A stretch of 64,000 bases of DNA from Octopus vulgaris (Eukaryota), in assembly GCA_951406725.2 (NCBI GenBank), contig OX597829.1:29636001-29700000 (forward strand), in the 5' to 3' direction. Shown here piece after piece: positions 1 to 13,200 of the stretch; within the stretch, counting starts at the first letter, position 1, and every line of letters starts with the position of its first letter. The notes beneath the pieces were generated by a model. That model had not been told where the DNA came from, did not search any database, and saw only the letters and a program-made list of their open reading frames with translations. The translations under genes were made by a program, and so were the position numbers.

Positions 1-411
1 GAAAGTATCTGAATATCACGAGATACCCAGCTCTAACTAAGGAGCAAAGGCCAATCGATTTATAATCAGACGAAAAGACAGAAAAAAAAATAGGCGGCAC
101 GTTTGTGGGTCGGAGGTTGAAGTGTGTCTGTAAGAAACTTCACCAAGATCTTCCGGGATCGAAGGAAATTGAACTTAAAATGTAAAGTGGCTGCAAATAA
201 ATATCACAAGACACGTTGTTAGATGCTCCAAACACTGCCAAGTCCGCCGACGCCACCGCGCGCGTACACACACATACACACACATACACACACACACGCA
301 CAAACACACACATACACACACACATTATAAAAGGAAAATACATCCTTTTTCTACACACATGTAACGCAGGGGAAATGAAAAATCATCGAATTACTGAGCT
401 TATTCTTGCAA

Positions 412-801
412 TCTTTATATATAAAAGTGAAGTTGTGTGTCTGTCTCCTACGATTTAGATTCCTAACTACTCCCACATTTTGCGGTGCAGTGTAACCAAA
501 AGCGGGTATCTTATAGTCGTGATTCATATTGAGCCCTTCTGGGTATTAGCGCGCGTCTACGATGAGTCTACGATTTAAAAAAAAATTACCATCATTTTTT
601 CCCATTTTAATGCATTTTTTTGCTATTATATAAGGGAAGTAACTCTCTAAAAATGTATTATTAAATCTCAGAAAAAAAGCTACAGTAATACTGCCCTTTG
701 TGGTTAGCCATATTGAGATGGCTATTATACTTTACAACTTTAAAAATGCTTATATAGTTATTTCCCTTACAAACCCGAGCAACGCCGGGCGAGACTGCTA
801 G
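412..801 (+). mobile_element. Non-autonomous Helitron (~390 bp), copy A
   Basis: A|TC start, 3' hairpin CCCGAGCAACGCCGGG followed by CTAG|T, no TSD. A near-identical copy lies at 49045-49435. Confidence 0.9.
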
Positions 802-1989
802 TTCTAAGATAAAACTGCATTTAGGGATGTTTAAAATCTCAAAATCCCAATCAAGGGAGCCAACTCCAATAGTTTTTGACAACAGCTCGGTTTTCCTTTC
901 CACGGTGCCACTGTTGTTTACCTTTGGGTCAGCCCTTAAGGAGCAGGCCTCTTATCAAAAGCCTTCCATCTGTGACGTCTTTTTCTTATGAGCAAAGAAC
1001 ACTAGATCATAATAATTTTTCAACGTGCTCTCTTTGAAGACAGCAAAGCGCTTGAGTTGAAAATTTGGCTGCTATTTCCAACATGTCGAGCGACCATGTA
1101 GAGGGACAAAGAAAAGAAAAGAAAAAAACTCCCTAAATTACCCATATTTCCGAACAACTGGTGCCCTTTCTTATTATTTCTACCTAACATCTATAATCCC
1201 TTCACTTTTTTGTAGGGCCAAATTTATAATAAAATGGCTTATTCAACCAGTCACATGTGTGTGCATGTGTGTGTGTGCATGCATGTATGTGTATGCGAGT
1301 ATGCGTGTATGTGTATGCATGTTTGTATGTGTGCATGTGTATGCATATATGTTTGTATGTGTATGCATATGTGTTTGTATGTGTGTATGCATAGTTACTA
1401 TGTGTGCGTGCATGCAAGAATGCATATTTGCATGTTCGTATGGGTGTATGCATAGGTATGTATGTGTTGAACACTAAGAAAATAGACAGAAAAACGGAAA
1501 AAAGAAAAAAATTGAAAAAATTAAAATAGAAATATACACACTGCATTCATTTATATGCACTACACCAGAGCAACTGGTGCTCCCCTCCAAAAATTCCGTT
1601 AGTTATTTTCTATATTTATCTTGTCTTAAAAAGAAATTCTAATTCCTTAATAGGAAAGAAATATACGCATATTTATTTTTCCTCCACCACCTTAAATATT
1701 TCTACCTAAACTTTCGTTATCTACAAAATTCCGGAAAATTGATCTATAAAATCAAGTTTATTATTGTAAGATCAACTGTATGATAGCCAGGAACTGTTGT
1801 ATTTTATAATTTTACTCTTCTTTCGCTTGTTTTTTCTAAGTGCATCTCTACCTCGTTTTCTGCGTTACCTGTTCCTATCACACTGTCTTTTCATTCTCTG
1901 ATTTTAAGTCTAGCACGTTTTTCACCTTTATTTTGTTTCTCCTGTCCGTTTCTGTCTATTGGTGTTGATGGAAATCAACTGAAAATAGC

Positions 1990-2421
1990 CGGTTCCCTCA
2001 AAACAGAAGAAAGATTTGTCAAGAACGAAGGAAAGATAGAAGGAAGGAGAGAGACTGAGAAAGAGAAAGAGAGAGGGGGGACTGTAGAAAAATGTGGAAG
2101 GGAAGAGAGATAAAATAGAGGAAAATAGAAAAAGGAGAATGGGACATACAGAAAGAGAACAAGAACAGGAGCTGAGGGAATAGAGGGAGGGAGAGAGTGA
2201 ATTAGTGAAAGTGTGGGGGAAAGAAAGAGAGAGAATTAGTGAAACTGAGGGGGAAAGAAACAGAGAGTTAGTGAAAAAGAAAGCATTACCACCCAACATA
2301 GAGAGGTTCTAAAGAGGCAGAGTCATTTACAGAGAAAGAAAGAGAGGAAGGTTTCGAATCTAGTTGGCAACAATCACTACTGCTTCTTCTGTACTACTGC
2401 AATAGGAACGATTCGTGAACG
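1990..2421 (+). promoter_or_regulatory. Putative promoter/5'UTR region of the esterase gene (GA-rich tract followed by CpG-containing sequence)
   Basis: Lies directly upstream of the start ATG; purine-rich GAGA-like tract at 2030-2350. The transcription start site cannot be determined from sequence. Confidence 0.35.
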
Positions 2422-2647
2422 ATGAATGCGACCGGTGGTGAGAAGGCTAAAAAAACTGTCGGACTCATTGAGTCCGATGCTTTGGGGGATATCTCGGTGA
2501 AAGAAAATATAAAACCGGCCTCCGAATTATCGGTCAGCGAGAACCGCCATCAATTTGAACGTTTCTGTTGTGAAGTTGTGCCCCGACCCGATACCAAACA
2601 TGGAGTAACAGTTCAAGAAATGACCGTACCTACCGTAGACACAGAAA
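2422..2647 (+). CDS. Coding exon 1 of a GDXG/HSL-family alpha/beta hydrolase (carboxylesterase/lipase, Abhydrolase_3)
   Basis: ATG at 2422 opens MNATGG...QEMTVPTVDTE. The donor A|GTGAGT at 2647/2648 is phase 1 and joins exon 2 to give ...VPTVDTE-I-GIPITIYNP, the strand region that precedes HGGG in HSL-family esterases. The context is CpG-rich. Confidence 0.8.
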
Positions 2648-4027
2648 GTGAGTTAACATTGAATATTATTTCATGTATAATCTCTTATAATGTTTGTATG
2701 TCTGTCTCTAACATTTATATGTCCATCTATCTATTTATGTCTTTAAACATATCTATATCAACCGTTTTTTTTCTTACTCTGTCTAATACATCTATTTCAT
2801 GTGCGTTATCTATTCGTGTTATAAGCTTGTCTGTCTTCATGCATACTTTATTTTTGATATCTGTCTACATCCATGTCTAATCTGCAAAACACCGTGTTTT
2901 GCTCACAATATTCACTCACACGTGTGTATACATGTATGTTTTAATTAACCAGAATATTGAGGTAGTGTGTTTATGGTTCAGTTGTAAATAAATTTCTACG
3001 TGCGTAGGTTTCATACACATGTTAAACTTCATGTATCTGTCAGTCATATAACATGTATTTATATCTGTCTCTTGTTATTCATTAATCTCGACATTTCTGT
3101 CAAAAGCAGAATTCTTTTCCCATTCAAATTATATTGATATATTGGTTTATTTTGACTCAGCAACAAAGTGGGAATGAAAAACAGGTTGTTTTTATTTCAT
3201 TGTATCTCACAAAAGAAATAAAAAAAGGAAAAGAAAAAGAACCGGGTCACCGCGGACTTCGCTCGCCGGTAGCCTGTTTCCTTGAAGCTCTTGGAAAATA
3301 TTCCCACTTGTAGCTGCACTCTATTTTGCATGGCATTTTTGCATGCAACACTGCAAAAAGCACATCACCTTTCTCTCAGCATTCGGTTATTAGAATCTTT
3401 CTTTTAATTTCTAGTTTCGGATTTGTTCATAATCTATTTTATCATATTTATTTCCCGCCTTTTGAATTAAAGTGTTTGCGATAAATGTTTTAATTTTCTT
3501 TCTTGTTTTTAAAATTAATTGCTCTGGAGACAAGCAATAGAATGAGGAAGCGGAAAATGGATCAGTGCCTTGTGACTCTTTTTACACCGATTAAGAAGTG
3601 TAAAGGTCTTTCATTCATTAACCTTAAGACTTAGGGAAGTGAAAGATTACAGAATATGTGTTGGTTGCTAAGTTTATTTCTGTTTAGTTTTAAACCGTTG
3701 GAGGTTAGTAGTTGGGGAAAGAGAACCCTGCGGCGGAGGGTGAATAGGGAGGATGGCAAAAGGTTTATGCAAGTAGAAGTTTCTTAATATACATTCGTTG
3801 TACCTCTTTGCTACAAGTGTGTGACTGTCTCTATATTGATGTTCGAACTCGCGTGTGGAGCAGCACATTTGTTCTTCGGAATTGTTTTCCCTGTAATTAT
3901 TCGCTCTAAATCATCTTCATACAGCTTTAGAGTTTAATGAAGGCAAATTAACAATACAATATATAATGTGTATATGTTTACACACGTTTATACATTATTG
4001 ATATTAACGGAAAATATATATAGCGCA

Positions 4028-4090
<63 letters not shown>

Positions 4091-4092
4091 TC

Positions 4093-4161
4093 AAAATAGT
4101 GTACATTTAAACACAAGAGAAAACTGCTTATTGAAGGCAGTTTTCTCTTGTACACTATTTT
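4093..4161. repeat. Imperfect fold-back hairpin between (TA)n tracts
   Basis: ACAAGAGAAAACTGC / GCAGTTTTCTCTTGT form a perfect 15-bp stem; AAAATAGTGTACA / TGTACACTATTTT form an outer stem. Confidence 0.7.
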
Positions 4162-4245
4162 ATATTGAGAATATGTTGTCTGTTGACTTTTTATACATGC
4201 TAGGCCACTGGTAGTGAAATTTCTATAAAAAAAAGTCGCTACCAT

Positions 4246-4283
<38 letters not shown>

Positions 4284-4600
4284 CATAATGTATACATGAA
4301 CACATACTTAAATTTACACGCAAATAATTTTATATGTATGTTTGGCATATACCTATATCTTACAGATATGATATGCACACACTAACAACGAAATAGACGT
4401 TCTACACAAAATAGAGTAAAGCTCAACCAATTGCGGTATTATTGATATTTTCTGCTACTGCTGCTATAGAGAATCTTCTTGCTTGACAACTATATATACA
4501 CTCACTATTGATTATTTCAAGAAGGGGGTGGATGGCTTTATTATATACACATCAAAAGTAATATAGTATACTCTTGTGTCTGTATAGTATATTTATTTGT

Positions 4601-4649
<49 letters not shown>

Positions 4650-4652
<3 letters not shown>

Positions 4653-5690
4653 CACTGTCAGAGCTTTGATGGGGCACCGTCTTCTGAACTGTATGTTCTG
4701 TATATATTTGGTCTCTGTATTGTTCAAGGGTTAAGTTTTCGTGTTGGGTTTCCCTCAAGAAATAGTATCTTTTAAGATGGTGATCTTAATCAAGTTAAGA
4801 GTACCACTTTTGAATAAAGTATTCAATATCTCCCAGACGTACAGTATATATTTGTACTGTGATTGAATAATTACATTTTCTCATATTGGGAGATTTATAT
4901 AAAGCATAAAGACAGGTGTATAAATGAGTGTGTGTATCCTGCAGACATAATTTCAATATATATATTCTCAAGGGTTAGTAAATGAGAAGCTTGTGGACGA
5001 AGGGTTTCAGTTTTGTGTCTCAAGTGTATTATCTTTAGTGAAGGTTCAGAATCTTTTTCTCGATAAAATATCTGGAAATAGAGCAGGTGAGAAGAATGGT
5101 TCTTGTGGATCTCGTGTCGTAATAACTGGAAGTTGAGGAATAAAGACCGAAATCGGGTTCTCTCACATAAGATTCTTCATTTTTTTTCGGGAGGTGGGGC
5201 ATATTGGAACTATAGGGGATATATTGGAAATATAATACTTTGATTATAGTTCCAGGTCAACCCTAATTTTTTTTTATCAGATACTTCAGGCGTAATCATT
5301 CTATTGTTTTTTTCTATGTGTTGATATGTGTTTTTTTTTAATTTCTTTGTGGTCATATAGACTTCCCCACCCTCTCGTTTCGAATGTAGAGGTAGGTTAC
5401 GGAAGTAGGACAAATTAAATACAAAAGTGCTACTGCATTATATTTTGTTCTTTCAATCTCTATTTTCTTTTTCCACCGAAGAATTTCATCCAAGATTTAT
5501 TGCGACGTGAAGAACGTCTAAAAACCATGATAGAATAATGTCCAAGACCTAAGATTTTTAGATGATTTTTCAACCACGCTTATTTGTTAAAAACTCGTCT
5601 GCTTTTGTTGAAGAGAATTTCTTTAGGTTCTTCCATTTAGATGTAGGAATGGTTTAATGTTTACAGATTATGAGGTCCCACTGCGTAGCA
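4650..5690 (-). mobile_element. Highly decayed Penelope-like element 3' part (GIY-YIG-like remnant)
   Basis: Minus-strand translations ILLTCSISRYFIEK and RLGDIEYFIQKWYS*L resemble PLE GIY-YIG motifs (IYxxTC...YIG and ExYFIxKFxPxLN). They are followed by a degenerate hammerhead-like string and then (TA)n. Many stops. Confidence 0.4.
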
Positions 5691-8600
5691 TTTTGGGAAA
5701 ATGTATTTACCTACCCAATTCCATCATGTAAGCGAAATTGTGTACATTGAAACTTTGAAGCCCTGCCAGATGGTCTGTACTTGTAACGTAAAGATCTAAG
5801 CCTTATTGCATATTTGTGTTCTGCTGACTGGACTTGAGAATTGTGTTTTAAGGGTACACATCTGGAATACTCGGCCATTTACACGCTTTTTTTAATAATT
5901 TTCTAGTCAGGAGAGAATGCAGTACTTATGACTCATTACAGAGCCTTCAAGACTTGGGAGAGAGGGAAGGAGTAAGTCAGGTATTCTCAAACTGGAAACC
6001 TGGTTTGAATGCTTGAAGGTGCCAGGTGGTTGTGTTAAACCAGGCCATGGATTAAATCTATTGCTCAAGTAGGTTCTAGCAGAATTTGAACTTCAGAGAA
6101 CTAGAACAATTACTGTAAGGTATCTAGTTTGACTTTGATTCAGTTTGACTAATTTAGAGAATTAAAATAAATATCACAAAACATTCTATCTGATGCTTGA
6201 CCAATTCTGCCGTTTCATCATCTTTTAACGAGTGAATAGTTTAGTTGATGGCTTGGAAATAATGCGGGATATATTACTGGATTGGCCAAGGATTCAATTC
6301 CTCTAAGCAGAATTTTGATGGATTTTAGAACTCTAAGTTCTTGACTTCCTTTTAACATCACAACTTATTTTTCGAAACTTTAAAAAAAAAAAAAAAAAAA
6401 TTAAAGAAAGGTGCAAAGCCACAGTGTTTCATTTATAGGGGTTGAGCAGGAAGCTATCATGTTTTCTTAAAAAAAAAAAATAATAATGAAAATAGATGAA
6501 TTGATTTTATTATATTGGTTCGTCTACATTACCCTGTAAGGAGCATGGGGCTGGAATCCTTGCTGTATACATTCCTCCATGGATGGGATTCTGGTCTGTT
6601 GCAGGATTACTCACTTTTTACCGGTTGAGTGGACTGGAGCCAATGTAAAATGAAATGTTTTTCTCAAGAACTCAACACATTGTCTGGTCTAGGAATTGAA
6701 ACCACAATAACCACTAAGCCATGTACCTCCACATAGTTTTGATATTGGTTTTATTTAATTTTAATGTCTTGAAACACAGCATTACTTGATTATTTCATGA
6801 AGTCTTGTATGCTCTTATTTAAATTTTTTTTTAAATAGTCTGAGAAAATTTAGGGAATTTGTAAATTTAGATAAACTTTTTCACTGTGGAGGAGTCTAAG
6901 ATACTCTTTTTTTTCTTTTTTTTCTTTTTTTCTTTCCTGCCCTCTGAAATAAAGTTTCAAAACATCATTTTCTTCTCTTCATGACATAAGAGCTTATCAA
7001 AATTTATGAGCTTCTGTAACTAAAGTCTGTAAAGTTGTTCTGCATCTGAAAAAACCCCCAAAAAACCATTGCCTACAAAGGAAGATAACTTTGGTAACAG
7101 CAAGGTAATAGCTTTGGTATAAGAACAAATAGATTCATTATTGGTGACATTAAAATGGTATTTCATTCGTTCAATAATTAGCCACAAAGTAAGTAACTGA
7201 GAGTCATTGGTTAATTAGATTGATATTGTTAATGAAGAGATTGAAAACTGGGTGTAATTGGAAAAGAAAAAGGTTTGGGAGATCCAGACAAGAGACTGAA
7301 GGATTATTTTAATGGGGACACACACAGAAGCAGAGGTGATCATCACTGGTTGATGTTATTGAATTGCTATGCAGTGGTAGCAAAGGAAGTATGGTGGCAA
7401 AAGAGACCAGTAGAATAAGTAAGATGCTTTAAAAAATATAAATACCAAAGTCGATTTGTTTGATGAAACCTTTCAAGCATTGCTGCAGTTCAATAATTAA
7501 AACAAGTAAAAGATAAAACATAGGCAAATCCAATCATGGCAGCTTGGGAAAACAGTAATTAAAATAATAGGGATGTTGTCATTTGTCATTCATCTCTGAT
7601 GAAATGAAGTATCATTAAATTTATGACTATCCAGATTTTGGATATCCAAAATGACATTTTCGATACTTAGTATGGTAGAGTGTAATGTAAATATTAGATG
7701 GTTAGTTTTTATAGTTGGTTGATCCATTAAGAAAAACCTTTCTCTTTGGCTTAACTCATTGCCTGACCAAAGCATTTTCATAAGTTTGTCCTAAACATCC
7801 ACACATATTTTCAGACTTTTAGTTAGTCCTTCTTTAGAGCAATATAAAGTGTTCCTTTCAAAGGTTCTAAGTTACTTTGGTGGTTGAAAAAAATGTAATG
7901 TGTATTATATATATTTGCCTTTCCTTTGGACAATATCAGTGGTGTGGAGAGGGGAGATTGGTATGCATGGGTGATTGCTGGTCTTTCACAAACAACCTTG
8001 GAAGAGGAACTTTCTAGGTGCAATCTCATGGTCATTCATGACCAAAGGGGGTCTTTATCCTTATATTTGATAAAGTAATCTGAATGCTAAAGGGTTAAAA
8101 CATGAAGTTTGTAACATAGAATCAAGGCTTGACTAAGACAAGTTGATATCAAAAGAGCTAAGATGAACATGATGTAAAGATTTGAAGGCTAAGTCATATC
8201 TCTAGGATATTTCTGTTGAAATACATTGCTTTTGTTTCAATTAATTTTGAAAATAAATAAAGATGTTAGTAAGATAACTTTGGCGTTATTAAGCTGGTGT
8301 TGAGAACAAAAATGAACATGGAATTTTCATGGTAAGTTTTAATTTAGGTCACTTTTAAACTGGCCCTATCCAGCCAAAATATTCTACCTATTCTAGGTTC
8401 AAACTGGCCAGATCCTGCCTCTCACACCTACCCTACAATGTCATTCTAAAAATGAACAGTCACATCATTGAAATCATAAGCTACAAATTAATGTATGAGT
8501 AATTCCAAGCAATATATATAAGCATTACATCTAACAAAATAATCTGAATGCTAAAGGTTTAAAACAGAAAAATTGTATCCTAGACTCTGCATGTTTTTCT

Positions 8601-9067
8601 ATGCCGGCATAGGCTAGATATATACACATATTAGTGAGACTTCATTTTACATCTGAATGCTTTTACTGTTGCTAACCCTTACCTGTTTTTCATACAAGGG
8701 TTATTTTATTTTTTTTTTTTTTTTCATTCATCTTTGAAAATTCAGAGGTAGTGGATGATTTGATCACAAAAACATTCAACAAACATTGCTATTTGTAGCT
8801 CAATGTTATTACATGCAGATCATAAGATTTAAACATTTATGCATGCATGTACACACACACACACACTGGGCTCTCATACAGTTTCCATCTACCAATTCAC
8901 TCTTGAGGCATTGGTTGGTCTCGGGTGATAATAGAAGACACTTGGTCATGGTACTATGCTGTGAGATAGCACTGAAGACTGCATGATAATAAACAATGTG
9001 AACTCCATATCTACATCACCATATATAGTTTCTCTCTCTAACACCACATATATTTTCTCTATCTTGC

Positions 9068-9098
<31 letters not shown>

Positions 9099-9469
9099 CA
9101 GGTATGTACCATCAGTAATTACTCAGTGTAAGCAGTTGGTAACCTTTATGTAGTAAAACACACAAAAAAATAAGTGAAACACAGGCACGTGACTGAGTTG
9201 AAGGCAGATTTACTTCTACCTTTATAGCCCATAAAGAAAACGGTGTTGTAGGAGTGTACACAGCACGTGTACTACAGCAGAATTATGCATAGCTTAAATA
9301 CTGAGATTGAAAGGCAGGGGCGAATTATGTCTATCTACAAAAAAATATTTTGCATTTTATGCATAGTAATCAGAGTAACCATCATAATTTTATTGAATTA
9401 GGTGCATGTTTTGCATGAAAGGAAAATGTTGTTATTGATCTATTTTATTCAAGATAGGCACTGCCTATC

Positions 9470-9514
<45 letters not shown>

Positions 9515-9520
9515 CATACA

Positions 9521-9644
9521 CCTGAGTAAGCACAAATGTGAAACAAGGTAGGCAAAAATAGTACTCAAATACTGAAGGTAGAGAAATATGCTTTATCATT
9601 AAAACTGCATCTTTTGCGATGTTTTTGCAGCTTTAATGATAAAG
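9521..9644. mobile_element. Shortened relative of the fold-back element
   Basis: The leader CCTGAGTAAGCACAAATGTGAAACAAGG...GTACTCAAATAC...ATATGCTTTAT matches 9673-9750. Short inverted repeat CTTTATCATTAAAACTGCA / TGCAGCTTTAATGATAAAG. Flanked by (TA)n. Confidence 0.65.
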
Positions 9645-9671
9645 TGTATATATATATATATATATATATAG

Positions 9672-9898
9672 ACCGGAGTAAACACATAAATGCGAAACAA
9701 GGTGGAAAAAAGAGTACTCAAATACCAGTGGTAGAGTAATATGCTTTATTTTAAGCAGCAGAAAATTCAACAAAATCTGTTACTCTGAGTTTCTCGTCGT
9801 TCATCAGACAGTTTTTGCTAGCAAAAACTGTCTGATGAACGGCAACGAGAAACTCAGAGTAACAGATTTTGTTGAATTTTCTGCTGCTTAAAATAAAG
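9672..9898. mobile_element. Fold-back non-autonomous element (Penelope pLTR-like) with hammerhead-like cores, copy 1
   Basis: Loopless palindrome at 9744-9898 centred on GCT|AGC (arms 76 and 79 nt, one 3-nt indel), plus a ~72-nt unique extension. Flanked by (TA)n. Second copy at 32136-32364. Confidence 0.8.
9823..9870 (+). ncRNA. Minimal type I hammerhead ribozyme-like motif
   Basis: AAAAACUGU-CUGAUGA-A-CG-GCAA-CG-A-GAAA-CUC-A-GAG-UA-ACAGAUUUU. Conserved core present, stem I pairs, stem III is palindromic (ACUCAGAGU), GUA cleavage triplet at 9859-9861. The 10.1-11.1 pair is non-canonical. Confidence 0.6.
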
Positions 9899-10214
<316 letters not shown>

Positions 10215-13200
10215 TCTCAAAGATCCTTCCTAAACCAAGGCTAGGAAGCTGAATGAACTGGAGTTACATGAAGTGTTTTGCTCAAGAGCAGCACATTGCC
10301 TGGTCAAGGAATTGAAATCACAATCATACAATCATGAGTGCAACACTAAGCTATGTCCCTACACACACACGCACACAAATTAACATACATGCTGGCTATT
10401 ACTGATGAGTCAGTACAAAGGTGTAAGTTGTGTAAAGGAATTTTGTACTGTACACTTTTCTGACTATTGCTAACATTGGTAAATTAGTTGATGTTGTTTA
10501 GCCCCAAGTAAACCTTGATTTGGCAAATCTATGATCAATACAATTTCAGCTGTGACCAGTCTACCTTCATTTTGGGTACCTAGGATAGCATTATTTAAAA
10601 ATTCTGTTCCTTTCCTAAGTTAGTAGAGTGTAATTCGAGGAAGATTTCATAGTTGTTTCTAGCAGTTTTAATGACCATACAGAGGCTTCTTTGTTGGCTT
10701 GTGATGCGTGTGTGTGGTGAGCATGTGTAGGGGGGAAATTAGATGCTAAAAGAATTGGGCCATGGGAATTCCTAAACGCTGATTATTTAGTTCTTATAGC
10801 AAAAACTGCGGAAAAATTAGCGCAAACATTCCAGATGTGATATCAAAATCTAGAATGTAATGGCTTCGGAGTAAACTAGGACTAAAGTTTTATTTAGTAG
10901 AAAAGATAGAACTCTGATACCGCCAAAGAAATGACTGTACTGCTCAATATGCAGAAAAGGATTAGGTAGAAATTTAACGAACCTTATGTGATCTATAATG
11001 CTTAAGTGGTATGTTTGAATCAAAGGCAAGTTGTCAGTGAATAAAGGCTTAGCATGTTGTTACAAGAGTAATGAACCCTCAAAACACTAGTAAAATAAAT
11101 TGCTTCTGTAGAAGTTGTTGAAATTTCTGTCACTTAGGTGACATAATCAGCAGTAGTAGAGTGTGTTCTGAAAACAGAGTAGTCACAACTACAATAGGGT
11201 GGGGTGAAGAGTAGATTGTTTGATGTGTGTTTATGAAATGTGATGCTGTATAGTGGAGATGTAGGCATTAAATGTGAAAGATGTATGAAGGTTGGAAAGA
11301 AAGTGGGCTTGATCTACTGGATCTGTTAAGTTAGTATGCATGAACGAGGCACAGATATTGGAGATAAACTGAGAATTGTTTTTTTTTTTTTTGTATTTGA
11401 GGTAAATAAAATGAAATCCAGAGATATATTAAAGTTAATAATCACTTCATAAAATGTGTGAGGGTGGGGTGGGGTGGGAGAGAATATGAGAAGTTATTGT
11501 CATTGCTAGTTATTGCTGAAGTAATAGATTGGCAGAATCATTAAGAGGATGCCTTACAGTATTTTAATCATCCCTTTAGATTGAGTTCAAATCTGGGTGA
11601 CATTGACTTACTCCAATGTCTATTAAAAAATAGTGTCAGTCAATTTCTGGGAGTCTATAATATATTAGTTTTAGTGGAGGACATAGACAGTTATATAAAC
11701 TCTATATAACCTGTTATACATACATGACTGGTCCATCCTACAAATTTGTGACCCAGTGTCCAATGTAAGAAACTTACTATAGTACTGAGTAGGTCAGTGG
11801 ATTAGCAGAAATAAAAATGAAACAAAGCATCTTGCAGTATTTACTTCTGTGGCTTTATACTCTAAGTTCAAATCCTACCAAAGTCAGCTTTGCCTTTCAA
11901 CTCACTATACTTCTGTATTGCTGTCTCCTTACATGACTGCCCCTTCTAATAACTTGTAACTATTAGAAATTATTATTTCATTCTAAGGGCAGTGGATTGG
12001 CAGAATTGTTAGTATCAAAACAGAATGCCTAGCAGTATTTGTTCTGATTGTACTGTGCCCAAGGTGCCAAACTGGGACTGAATCAGGAACAACATGGTTG
12101 GGAAGAAAAACTTCTTAGCACAGCCACACTAACCAGCATATTTCATACATGTCTCTTACTATAGCCCTGAACTGACCAAAGCCTTGTGAGTGGATTTGGT
12201 AAACAGAAAATTAAAGAAGCCCATCTTATATATTTATAAAGGTGTGTGTTTGTGTGTACCTTGTCGTGACCCTGCTTAGGGGTTAGTGTTGGGCTCACAA
12301 TCATGAGGTAGTGAGTTCCTGGATTGGGATGTGTGTTGTGTTCTTGAGCAAGACACTTTATTTCACGTTGCTCACACAGCTATAGAAACGAGTTGTGATG
12401 TCACCTGTACCAAGCTGTATCGGCCTTTGCCTTTCCCTTGGATAACATCTGTGGTGTGGAGAGTGGAGGCTGGTTTGCATGGGCGACTGCTGGTCTTCCA
12501 TGAACAATCATGCCCAGACATGTACCTTGGAGAGAAACTTTCTAGGTGCAATCCCATGGTCATTCATGACTGAAGGGGGTTCTTTCTTTACTCTGCCATG
12601 TCCATGTGATAGTTATAAATGAGCATTACTGTCATACAAGTGATGTTATTTTCCAGTCTTCAGCGAGAAACATCTAGCTATGGGGACCATATTACCTTGC
12701 TTGAAAACAGGTGAGGGTTGGCGAAAGGAAGGGCATCTGGCAGTAGAAAATCTGCTTCAACAAATTCCATATGACAATGTAAGTATGGAAGCTGAACATG
12801 TAACCAATATTTTCTTAATGGCTCTGTGTGGAATGAAACAAAAACACAACCATTTTTTATATTCTTACAATAATAATGCCCTTTGGAAAGGCATGAATGT
12901 CTCAGTTATCCATTTCTTTCATATATCTATTTACACACACACACACTCTCACTCTCTCTCATACAAAAATTAAATTTGACTTATTTCTATTTATAAATCT
13001 AACACAAACATCAGTCTCAGTGTTAATTATTGTAATTGTTTAATTTAATTAGTTACTGCTGTTTTGTATAAACCAATAGTTACACTTAATCTCTTTCTCT
13101 CTCTCTCTTTCCCTCTCTCTCTCCCCTATCCTATCCTGTATGCTTGTGTGCCCTGTATGTTGTCTTTATTATTGTTGTTTGTTTCCTTGACTATATTAAT

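Noticed and set aside
412-801. Directional CpG decay between the promoter-side and intronic Helitron copies
   Set aside because: CpG losses occur in both copies, so this pair does not demonstrate a methylation difference.
2648-2880. Hydrophobic C-terminal half of the 152-aa ORF as a transmembrane protein
   Set aside because: It lies past the GTGAGT donor at 2648, so it is AT-rich intron read-through.
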